Shown here: positions 7,010-14,661 of the stretch, piece after piece
Position numbering within the stretch: position 1 is the first letter of the stretch
How the letters are laid out: the number at the start of each line of letters is the position of its first letter
Origin: an uncultured virus (IMG/VR IMGVR_UViG_2645727712_000001)
Lineage: Duplodnaviria > Heunggongvirae > Uroviricota > Caudoviricetes
Strand: one strand, 5' to 3'
DNA length: 20,000 nucleotides
IMG/VR virus record: IMGVR_UViG_2645727712_000001
The notes under the pieces: generated by a model
Database searches by the model: none
What the model was told of the DNA's origin: nothing
What the model saw: only the letters and a program-made list of their open reading frames with translations
Position numbers and translations under genes: made by a program

Positions 7010-7792
7010 ATGACTCAACAAACTCTTCAGGAACTATTGGTCGAGCGCGTCAGCGTCTATGCCCAGTCGGACCGCGCGCGCGAATTGATCGATCAAGGCG
7101 TTGAAAGCATGTTCAAGGACGTGGTGAAGGACACTTTCCGCTCCTATGGCGATTTCGGCAAATCAGTGCAAGAAGCCATCAAAGCCGCTCTGCCAGCCAA
7201 CGTCACCGACATGTTTGAGCTGCAGCGTTACAACGCTCTTGTAGCAAACGCACTTCGCGAGCGGTGGGAGGCAGCTGCGGTGCAATCCACCGTGCTGGAC
7301 CAAGCAGAGAAAGCCATCGCAGAGGTGATGGACGGTGAAGGCCTGCTGAGCGGTGAAGTTTCCCTCAAAGGGTTGCTGGACGAGTTCGTTAGCGAGCATC
7401 GCGAGAAAGCCGCCGAGGAGCATTGGATGAACCCAGAGATCCGCTTCGAAGAAACCATGAGCGGACGGTCAGAGTTCCTCTACATAGGCTTTGATCCAGA
7501 GCCAGAGGACAGTCGCGCCATGTCCTCCTGGCGAACTGACTCGCGGGGAATCCACAGCATGAAGAACTCGCTGCACGTTCACATCGTAGGCTCGCGCAAG
7601 CCTGATGAGCCGCACCTCCCGACCATACAGGTAGCCGAAGTCCTAAGTGCGAAGTTGGATGACAAACGTATAGCCGTAAACATGCGCATTCGCTCCAAGT
7701 GGGAACGCATGTTGGCTTCGCTCTACTTCGGAAACGCCGTGCTCCTGATCGACTGCGATCCAGACGATTTCAGTTACGGCTTCGACGACTGA
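7010..7792 (+). CDS. Hypothetical phage protein (first PL gene)
   Basis: About 260-aa ORF; GGATGGA upstream of the ATG at 7010 (track start 6998). Confidence 0.75.
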   Translation: MTQQTLQELLVERVSVYAQSDRARELIDQGVESMFKDVVKDTFRSYGDFGKSVQEAIKAALPANVTDMFELQRYNALVANALRERWEAAAVQSTVLDQAEKAIAEVMDGEGLLSGEVSLKGLLDEFVSEHREKAAEEHWMNPEIRFEETMSGRSEFLYIGFDPEPEDSRAMSSWRTDSRGIHSMKNSLHVHIVGSRKPDEPHLPTIQVAEVLSAKLDDKRIAVNMRIRSKWERMLASLYFGNAVLLIDCDPDDFSYGFDD

Positions 7793-7819
7793 CCCAAACA
7801 ACACCCAAGGAGTAGGACC

Positions 7820-7999
7820 ATGCTGATACTGACCCGCAAAGTGGGCGAAACCATTGTGATCAACGACACGATTCGAGTCACGGTGCTGCAGGTTAAGGGC
7901 AACCAGGTGCGCATAGGTATCGAGGCACCGAAGGACGTATCGGTGCACCGCCAAGAGATTCAGGAGCGAATCGCGGCTCAAGCTGAAGTTGCTGCCTGA
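7820..7999 (+). CDS. csrA: CsrA/RsmA-family RNA-binding protein, 59 aa (not in ORF track)
   Basis: [67 protein letters not shown]; Arg44 retained. Confidence 0.95.
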   Translation: MLILTRKVGETIVINDTIRVTVLQVKGNQVRIGIEAPKDVSVHRQEIQERIAAQAEVAA

Positions 8000-8004
8000 T
8001 TTGA

Positions 8005-8047
8005 TTTCACTGGCTGGCCTTGGCGACAGGGCCAGACGGGAAATCAA
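8005..8047 (+). repeat. 43-nt hairpin repeat, copy 2
   Basis: tttcactggctggcctt-ggcgac-agggccagacgggaaatcaa; arms identical to copy 1. Confidence 0.85.
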
Positions 8048-8062
8048 ACCGAGGCCCACATC

Positions 8063-8368
8063 GTGAACAAAGAAGAAATCTATGACGCGCAAATCAGCCC
8101 TCTGATGCTACAGATCATCGAGATCTGCAAGTCAAAAGGCATTGCGATGATAGCCAGTTTCGACATCGGCCATGACGGCGAGGGGCCAAACGGTGAGGAC
8201 TGCACTGGGCTGCTCTGTTCCAGTCTCACCCCGGATGGTGATGGAAATCCTAACCCAGCGTTCCAGCAGGCATTCGGCCTAATCAAGCGGGGACGCTATG
8301 CATCTCCTGCACTTCACGTAACCACGCAGCATGCCGATGGCACACGCACGCTTGCCGCGATCATCTGA
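8063..8368 (+). CDS. Hypothetical phage protein
   Basis: GAGG SD plus GTG; MNKEEIYDAQISPLM... Confidence 0.75.
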   Translation: MNKEEIYDAQISPLMLQIIEICKSKGIAMIASFDIGHDGEGPNGEDCTGLLCSSLTPDGDGNPNPAFQQAFGLIKRGRYASPALHVTTQHADGTRTLAAII

Positions 8369-8418
8369 TACCAAGACAGCCGGAAAGACGGCCCGATGCC
8401 CTGCTTCCCATCGCAGGA

Positions 8419-8580
8419 TGCATTGGAGATTGATCGGAGCGTGCTCAAGCGAGCTGCAGCGCTAGGATCGCAAAGACCCGTGAACCTCCTGTGCCGGTAT
8501 ATGCGAGACGGCCAATACCAGAAATGCGGCGGGAACCAAGCAGGAGTAGCGCCCTGGTGTTCCGATCAATCTCCGATGCA
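8419..8580 (+). ncRNA. Candidate structured RNA closed by a 23-bp stem
   Basis: 8419-8441 pairs with 8558-8580 (three G-U pairs); inner stems gcgcta/tagcgc and ctcctg/caggag. Confidence 0.55.
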
Positions 8581-8669
8581 GACAAATCGTAAAACGCATC
8601 ACTGTGGTCCTTATAAATCGTAAGGCTCATCCAGCCGAACTTTATCGGCATCCCCTTCCCTTCACATAC

Positions 8670-8752
8670 GATCGCATTGGCAGGCGCCAGGCCCGCGCTT
8701 CTCGGCTGCGCGTGGGATTGGTCACCCGCCCTGACGCCTGACCAATGCGGTT
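8670..8752 (+). ncRNA. Long stem-loop just upstream of the LuxR gene SD
   Basis: gatcgcattgg-caggcg-c-cagg pairs with cctg-a-cgcctg-a-ccaatgcggtt. Confidence 0.5.
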
Positions 8753-8765
8753 GCTGAGGACAATC

Positions 8766-9149
8766 ATGGAAACGATCACCTGCGGCTCATGGACCGGCCA
8801 GCTCGGCAAGACGCTGGCACCTCGCGAGCTGGAAGCACTGCTCTGGGTTGCCCAGGGCCTGACCACCAAAGAGATCGCGCGGCAGATGGCGGTCACCCCT
8901 GGCACCGTGGCCAACCGTATCGAGGCTGCGCTGTTCAAGCTGGAAGCCGGGCGCCGCATCGAGGCGGTCACCAAGGCCATGCGCCAGCAGATCATCAGCC
9001 CGCTCTGCATCGTGCTGGCAGGCCTAATCGCAATGCACTCCGTCATCAACGACAGCGACCCCATGCGCCGCGATCGCCGCGCACCTGAGCGTCGCGCCGC
9101 CCAAGTTCGAATCGTTCGCAAGGCCGAGGCCTTCGAGCTCCACGCCTGA
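8766..9149 (+). CDS. LuxR/GerE-type HTH protein
   Basis: LAPRELEALLWVAQGLTTKEIARQMAVTPGTVANRI; GAGGA SD before the ATG at 8766. Confidence 0.85.
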   Translation: METITCGSWTGQLGKTLAPRELEALLWVAQGLTTKEIARQMAVTPGTVANRIEAALFKLEAGRRIEAVTKAMRQQIISPLCIVLAGLIAMHSVINDSDPMRRDRRAPERRAAQVRIVRKAEAFELHA

Positions 9150-9168
9150 TTCCACCAAGGATCGCCCC

Positions 9169-9438
9169 ATGCAAACAGCAATGCATCCCGCTTTCGCGGA
9201 GAAACTTGCCGTGCTCGCAGCACTGCTTGAGCGCAGTCAGTCGGCACGGGCCGAAGCCCACAACAAGATCGGCCAGCCCGCTCCGCGCTATCAGGCCAGC
9301 GGCAAGAGCGGCGCTTGGGATGTGGTCGAGATCGCAACCGGTGCGGTGCAAGGCTTCGCCTATAGCTACAAGGCGGCGATGCGGTTTGTCGATGCGTGCG
9401 AAGCTGGGGCGGCCACCAAAACAGGCGCGCGGCAATGA
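9169..9438 (+). CDS. Hypothetical phage protein
   Basis: AAGGA SD; coupled to the next gene. Confidence 0.7.
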   Translation: MQTAMHPAFAEKLAVLAALLERSQSARAEAHNKIGQPAPRYQASGKSGAWDVVEIATGAVQGFAYSYKAAMRFVDACEAGAATKTGARQ

Positions 9439-9893
9439 GCAAGCGCAAGCCCCACAACATGAGGGCCCGCCTTGAACGGACGTGCCGGGCCCTGGTCTCG
9501 GCCAACCACGCGGCCGTGGTCAACATCGACCCAAGCGGACAGCAGGTGCTGGTCAACTGGAAAAACCTAAAACAGATCTGCGTGCGGCAAGTCGTCGACG
9601 CAGTCTGCGCCATCCCCCACCGCTGGACCATCTACCTCAGCGTGCTGTGCCGGACGGAGTTCGGAGAGCGCTATCACAAGTCGATCGAAGTCGCGCCACA
9701 GGGCAACTACCGCGCCGAGCACCTGACCGACGTGATTGAGGCGGCCTACACAGACCTGCGGGCCACGGCCAATCCTAATCACCTGGTGGCAGCCGGCTGG
9801 ATCGCCATCCCAACCGACACAACGCTCGACGAAGCAGAGGCCGCAAAGATCTTTGCCGCTGTCGGCGCCTGGAGTCAGCAGAAAGCAGCATGA
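9435..9893 (+). CDS. Hypothetical phage protein
   Basis: Start MSKRKPHNMR at an ATGA overlap. Confidence 0.75.
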   Translation: MSKRKPHNMRARLERTCRALVSANHAAVVNIDPSGQQVLVNWKNLKQICVRQVVDAVCAIPHRWTIYLSVLCRTEFGERYHKSIEVAPQGNYRAEHLTDVIEAAYTDLRATANPNHLVAAGWIAIPTDTTLDEAEAAKIFAAVGAWSQQKAA

Positions 9894-10072
9894 AGCGCAT
9901 CACCTCACGCGTTCGGCACGGCCGGCGCCAGCAGTACATCAACCTGCCGCCCAGCGGCCTTGTCCTCTCGGAGCATCAGCAATGCCAAAACCTACAGACA
10001 CTACCGAGTTCCTGCAGGAGCTCAACGGCGGCGCATTCGCCAGCCAGATCGGCCACGCCCTCTCAGAAGTAG
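9890..10072 (+). CDS. Small basic hypothetical protein (3' end overlaps the next gene)
   Basis: ATGA coupling; Arg-rich N-terminus MKRITSRVRHGRRQQ. Confidence 0.4.
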   Translation: MKRITSRVRHGRRQQYINLPPSGLVLSEHQQCQNLQTLPSSCRSSTAAHSPARSATPSQK

Positions 10073-10329
10073 CCGCCGGCGTGGTCGATCACGGCAAGGC
10101 CGGCAAGATCACCATCACGCTGGATTTCAGCCAGATCGGTGACTCCCACCAGGTGAAGATCAAGCACAAGCTGGCCTACAAGGTGCCCACCAAACGCGGT
10201 GATCGCAGCGAAAACACCAGCTTGGACACGCCGATGTATGTCGGTACCGGGGGCAACATTTCCCTGTTCCCCGAGAAACACGACCAGCTCTTCAACCGTG
10301 ATGAAGCTCCGGTCCATCCACGCACCTGA
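9982..10329 (+). CDS. YfdP-like phage protein
   Basis: GGAG SD; MPKPTDTTEFLQELNGG...; usual partner upstream of YfdQ. Confidence 0.7.
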   Translation: MPKPTDTTEFLQELNGGAFASQIGHALSEVAAGVVDHGKAGKITITLDFSQIGDSHQVKIKHKLAYKVPTKRGDRSENTSLDTPMYVGTGGNISLFPEKHDQLFNRDEAPVHPRT

Positions 10330-10352
10330 TCCCCACAGCAAGGAACCAACGC

Positions 10353-11168
10353 ATGTCCCTTACCAAAGACGCTCTGCAACTGATCACTGATACCGCCTTG
10401 GCTGCTGCTGGCAAAGAGCTGCCCACCAACACCCCCACCGCAATTGTTCCGGACAGCTCGACGGTTATCGACCTGGAACGCTTCCAGCTCCACCGCTCTC
10501 GCTTCCGTGGCACCTACTCCACTCACTCCCTGGTCGACTTCGGCGCATATGTGGTCGAACGCGCAGCCCCAGACGCCCGCGGTTTCATCGATCAGGACGC
10601 TATGACGTGCGTGGTGCTGTTCAACCTGGGCACGCCGGACGAACCAGGCCACGCTGACGACCGTGCGGTGCTGAGACTAAAGCCTTCGGCCGCATTTGCC
10701 GCCGTACAGGCCATCTGTTGTCAGGCTCTGGTGCAGAAAGCCATGAGCGACTGGATCGAGGACTGGTACCAGCACTTGGTCGCTACCGACGAGAACGGCG
10801 CCGTAATGAGCATCGCCAAGGCAATCGCAGCCGTGCGCACCATCACCGTCAAGGCGTCGTCCGAGAGCGATCACGCGGTCAGCGAAACTCGCGCCAGCCG
10901 CAGCGCCATGGACTCGATCGAGGCCAGCAGCAAGGAAACCCTCCCGGCCTGGCTCGACTTCAAGGTCGTCCCTTTCGAAGGCCTGGGCGAGCAGACCATT
11001 CGCCTGCGCATGTCGGTCATCACCAGCGGTTCGCAGCCGCAGCTAAAGTTGCGCTGGCTTGGCGAGGAAGCACAGCGCGAGGCGATCGCGCAGGAGTTCA
11101 AAGCTGTCCTTGATAGTAGGGTCGGCGCCGCCGCTAAACTCTCGTTGGGCACTTTCGACGCTAAGTAA
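10353..11168 (+). CDS. YfdQ/DUF2303 family protein
   Basis: RSRFRGTYST..FNLGTPDEPGHAD..DWIEDW..PFEGL motifs. Confidence 0.82.
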   Translation: MSLTKDALQLITDTALAAAGKELPTNTPTAIVPDSSTVIDLERFQLHRSRFRGTYSTHSLVDFGAYVVERAAPDARGFIDQDAMTCVVLFNLGTPDEPGHADDRAVLRLKPSAAFAAVQAICCQALVQKAMSDWIEDWYQHLVATDENGAVMSIAKAIAAVRTITVKASSESDHAVSETRASRSAMDSIEASSKETLPAWLDFKVVPFEGLGEQTIRLRMSVITSGSQPQLKLRWLGEEAQREAIAQEFKAVLDSRVGAAAKLSLGTFDAK

Positions 11169-11273
11169 ATGAGTTCAGCGCCACATCCTGCAGCTGTGAC
11201 CTGTGGCGCTAGACCAATCGGATAGCATGTCAAAGATTAATCAGGATCCTGTGGTGAAGTCGCACATCAGAGT

Positions 11274-11405
11274 CTATGACCCTTTCTTAGGAGGTTGGAC
11301 TTTCGGCATTGGGAGGGTATTCTGGACGGGTGGCAACCCCCGATCATTTGTATGGATGGGCCGGCTAGGCGCGGGGGTAGCGGGTCTCTGGTTTTTTTCA
11401 CTCAT
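11274..11405 (-). CDS. 43-aa Pro-rich peptide (not in ORF track)
   Basis: MSEKNQRPATPAPSRPIHTNDRGLPPVQNTLPMPKVQPPKKGS; GGAG SD; 8-nt overlap with the upstream gene. Confidence 0.6.
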   Translation of the reverse strand: MSEKNQRPATPAPSRPIHTNDRGLPPVQNTLPMPKVQPPKKGS

Positions 11406-11901
11406 AATTAAGCTCCGGGTAATGACTTTTGAAATACTTGCGCATCTGATCTTCAGCCTTCTGCATTAATTTCGGACAATCCGGCAATACCATGCCGGCA
11501 AAAGCTGATTTCATGACTGCCGATTTTTTTTTGCGAATCGCAAAGCGCCTGTCATTAATTTCACGCTCGGTAAGTTCACCACTCGCCACTTCGAACCATC
11601 CTCGCTCGGCTTCATCAGCCAGAACAGATAGCTCAACTCCAGCCGCACTCAATGGTTTGATCCGCGACTTGAAGGGCAGAAACCTATAGACGACCGAAAC
11701 GACCTGACTGAACATGATCAGGAGCCCCCAAACAAAGGCATACTCTTTCCATATGGCCCAACCTCCAATACTACCCGAGGAAAGTATAGCTAAAATGATG
11801 TTGATGCCGCGTTCGGCACCTTCGGATTTAAGCTGATAGAGCTCCAGGTAGTAGACGTGCGCTTTGAGTGCCTGAAGCTCGACCCAATACTGCGACTGCA
11901 T
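11398..11901 (-). CDS. 2-TM membrane protein, SLATT-like architecture (moron)
   Basis: GGAGAGG SD before the ATG at 11901; helix, two hydrophobic segments, then a helical C-terminus. Confidence 0.7.
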   Translation of the reverse strand: MQSQYWVELQALKAHVYYLELYQLKSEGAERGINIILAILSSGSIGGWAIWKEYAFVWGLLIMFSQVVSVVYRFLPFKSRIKPLSAAGVELSVLADEAERGWFEVASGELTEREINDRRFAIRKKKSAVMKSAFAGMVLPDCPKLMQKAEDQMRKYFKSHYPELNYE

Positions 11902-11978
11902 CGTCCTCTCCAATCTTCGGCACCATGCCGGTCATCCGTAATACCCCATCCCAAGCCAAATTGCCACCATACAAACGG

Positions 11979-12197
11979 TCAGCTCGGTGGGTTCTTTTGG
12001 GAGTGAAACGGCGCGAAGGTCATGCCGAAAAACCAACCTCCGATCATTGCCAGCCATATCGACTTGTACCCGTCTACGTTGTAGGCAAGCCAGTAGTTGG
12101 CCGCCGTAATGACAACGAACACTGAGAAAAACTGCTTACGGGAATACCTGCTCAGGTAGCGGGTTGCTGAGGCTTCGAGGTCCTTGAGCTTCTTCAC
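11979..12197 (-). CDS. 72-aa small 2-TM membrane protein (moron)
   Basis: Basic N-terminus and two hydrophobic segments; GTG start with AAGGA upstream. Confidence 0.6.
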   Translation of the reverse strand: MKKLKDLEASATRYLSRYSRKQFFSVFVVITAANYWLAYNVDGYKSIWLAMIGGWFFGMTFAPFHSQKNPPS

Positions 12198-12298
12198 TGC
12201 GACTCATCCTTGAAAAGACCCCGCAATCGTACCCTATCGCCCCATTTACACACCATGCCGCCACTAGCACGGAGGGCGGCTCATGCATGGAGAAAGCC

Positions 12299-12844
12299 AT
12301 GAACGTCGAGACATCGACAGTCACCAAGCTGCTGATCACTGAGGTTCAGGGCCTGGACCCGATCAGCGTTTACCTCGAAGACCTGGCGCCCTGCAAAGGC
12401 AAGATCACCGTCAGCTGATACGACAAGACCTGGCACGCCTACTGGGGCGGCATGTGGGATGGCCTGACCATCGGCCAGTTCTTCTGCAAGCTGCACGACG
12501 CCTACATCATCGGTTACTTTGACCGGTCCATGAGTTCTCGCCGATTCAGCGCCGAGGCCCTTGCCGAAAAGGCGCGGAAGGTGATCGCGCAAATGCGGCG
12601 TGACCGGGACCTGGACGCAGAAGATGCCCGTAGCCTGCTCGACGAGGCCGAGGATATTCGCCACACCAGTTCGCTCGACGAGTGCGGCGGCGCCCATCGC
12701 GAGCTCATGCGCCGCGTGTTCGGTGAAGACTGGTGGAACCTGCCAGCCTAGGCCATGGAGCCGAACCCGGATTGGGCCTACCTTTGCCGAATCATCGAGA
12801 CGGTGCAGCAGGCCCTGGCCAAGCAGTTCCCGATCGCCGCCTGA
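12299..12844 (+). pseudogene. Phage hypothetical gene interrupted by two in-frame stops
   Basis: GGAG SD plus ATG 12299; one frame throughout with TGA at 12416-12418 (ITVS*YDK) and TAG at 12749-12751 (LPA*AMEPNPDW); final TGA 12842-12844. Confidence 0.75.
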
Positions 12845-12916
12845 ACCCGCGCTGTCCGCCAGCGCCTTCCCTATTCAAAGATAACGCCTCTCCGGCGAGC
12901 CAGATAGGTAAACAGC

Positions 12917-13297
12917 CTATTTCTTGAACTCTTTTATAGTGGTGAGCGCTTCTGAAGGTGTCATCGCACCAGCTGCCACGAGAATGATCACAAGGCCCCC
13001 GACCAATGAGATCAGAGTACCAGTTGCACTCTCAAATCTTACTTGTACAGCTATGGCGAGCCAAACGGCAGCAATAAGCGCGGCTACGACCACGCCAGCC
13101 AAGCATTTAGCAGAAAACTTATCGTAAAGAATCGGCCCCAAGACCATAGATAAAAGAAAAAGTACCAATACCACAGCCGGAAAAATGACCCATCTAGCTG
13201 CAAGGGGTGCCGAAATGTATTTATTGATATCAAGACCATTGTTTTTGAATAGATCGTGAATTTCCTGCGGGGTCCCCTCGATCCCTTTGACCTTCAT
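12917..13297 (-). CDS. 126-aa protein with about three TM helices (moron)
   Basis: Three hydrophobic stretches; AT-richer; ATGA-coupled to the upstream gene. Confidence 0.75.
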   Translation of the reverse strand: MKVKGIEGTPQEIHDLFKNNGLDINKYISAPLAARWVIFPAVVLVLFLLSMVLGPILYDKFSAKCLAGVVVAALIAAVWLAIAVQVRFESATGTLISLVGGLVIILVAAGAMTPSEALTTIKEFKK

Positions 13298-13677
13298 TTC
13301 CTAGAGCTCCGGGAGGAGCCCACAATTTTTGCGACGTCAGCCTTAGCTGCAGAGTCCCCCCAAAGTTGAGGGTCTCCATCTTTGATCAGGTACATGCTGT
13401 CCTTTTCCATGACAACATTGGTCCCAGAGAAATGTATATTTCTCGGATCACCAAACGACTTTAAACCGAGCTGAAGAATGGCCTCTCCGATGGATTCAAC
13501 TCCACGCATTATCTCATCCGAGTTTTGACCGTTATTCTCAAAAGCAAACTTTACAACTCCACCATCATCTTTAGCCAATATGGCTGTAGCCTTCAAAGAA
13601 ATATTCGGCAGCAGATACTGCGCAATATGGCGCCGAAAGTTGTTTATGTACGCCCTAGCGAGATCTTTATCTTTCAC
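13294..13677 (-). CDS. Soluble hypothetical protein (moron; start uncertain)
   Basis: 3' part of the 216-aa track ORF; plausible GTG start (VKDKDLARAY) with GGA upstream; the 5' extension is only antisense to the methylase. Confidence 0.55.
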   Translation of the reverse strand: MKDKDLARAYINNFRRHIAQYLLPNISLKATAILAKDDGGVVKFAFENNGQNSDEIMRGVESIGEAILQLGLKSFGDPRNIHFSGTNVVMEKDSMYLIKDGDPQLWGDSAAKADVAKIVGSSRSSRK

Positions 13678-13730
13678 AAAATCATTCCAACCCAAAAATG
13701 GGAAGTCTACCAAGTAGAGCAAATAAAACA

Positions 13731-14654
13731 ATGACCACAGCAATCGACCTGTTCGCCGGACTCGGCGGGTGGACCACCGGCGCGAGCGCCGCAGGCGTCC
13801 AGGTTCTCTGGGCGGCAAACCACTGGCCAGAGGCAGTGAAGTGGCACGCGGCCAATCACCAGGACACTGAACATGTCTGCCAGGACCTGCACCAGGCGCG
13901 CTGGGAGCTCGTGCCAAGCCATGACCTACTTCTGGCCTCGCCATGTTGCCAAGGGCACTCGAAGGCCCGCGGTAAGGCGTCAGGAAATCCTCAGCACGAT
14001 GCGTCCCGATCTACAGCATGGGCGGTGATCTCGGCGATTGAGTACCACCGACCGGAGGGCGGCGTGATAGAGAACGTGCAGGAATTTGTCGAGTGGGCGC
14101 TATATCCGGCCTGGGTTGCTGCAATCCAGGCTCTGGGCTACCAGGTCTCGCCGCATATCGTGGACTGCGCCGACCTTGGCGTTCCGCAACATCGAGTGCG
14201 CCTGTTCTTGGTGATCACCCGCAGCAAAGCGCCTCTGGTACTCCAGCTTCAGCAGCACCAGCACGTGCCGGCCAGTAGCTTTCTCGACTTCAACGCCGGG
14301 CGCTGGTCGCAGATCGAAAAACCAGGCCGTGCCCAGGCCACTCTCGACCGAGTGCGCAACGGCCGTCACCGCTTCGGCGACCGGTTCATCATGCCCTACT
14401 ACGGCAAAGGCTCCGGTACCACCGGCCGCGACATCAAGCGGCCGATCGGCACCATCACCACCCTGGACCGCTGGACCCTGGTCGATGGCGACCGCATGCG
14501 TATGCTCAGCGCAGACGAGGCCCTGGCCGCCATGTCTTTCCCGGCCGACACCTTACGCCCGGACAGCCACCGACTGACTATGCACATGGCTGGCAATGCG
14601 GTGCCACCGCTTGCCGGTCAACGTGTAATTGAGGCGTTGATGAGAGCCGCATAG
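13731..14654 (+). CDS. Orphan DNA cytosine-C5 methyltransferase
   Basis: Motifs I FAGLGG, IV SPCCQGHS, VI ENV, VIII QHRVR and X GNAVPP. Confidence 0.92.
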   Translation: MTTAIDLFAGLGGWTTGASAAGVQVLWAANHWPEAVKWHAANHQDTEHVCQDLHQARWELVPSHDLLLASPCCQGHSKARGKASGNPQHDASRSTAWAVISAIEYHRPEGGVIENVQEFVEWALYPAWVAAIQALGYQVSPHIVDCADLGVPQHRVRLFLVITRSKAPLVLQLQQHQHVPASSFLDFNAGRWSQIEKPGRAQATLDRVRNGRHRFGDRFIMPYYGKGSGTTGRDIKRPIGTITTLDRWTLVDGDRMRMLSADEALAAMSFPADTLRPDSHRLTMHMAGNAVPPLAGQRVIEALMRAA

Positions 14655-14661
14655 AAATTAA

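Noticed and set aside
6511..7104. ORFs 6511-6870, 6570-6773 and 6877-7104 in the PL leader
   Set aside because: No SD or protein-like features; the region is better explained as structured RNA
8441..8557. tRNA or known ribozyme inside the 23-bp stem
   Set aside because: No T-loop GTTCRA, cloverleaf or recognisable catalytic core
11203..11469. 88-aa hydrophobic + strand ORF
   Set aside because: Antisense shadow of the Pro-rich peptide and SLATT-like genes; no good start context
12299..12844. Selenocysteine/pyrrolysine or alternative genetic code readthrough
   Set aside because: Two different stop types; TGA and TAG end many other genes here; no recoding machinery or evident SECIS
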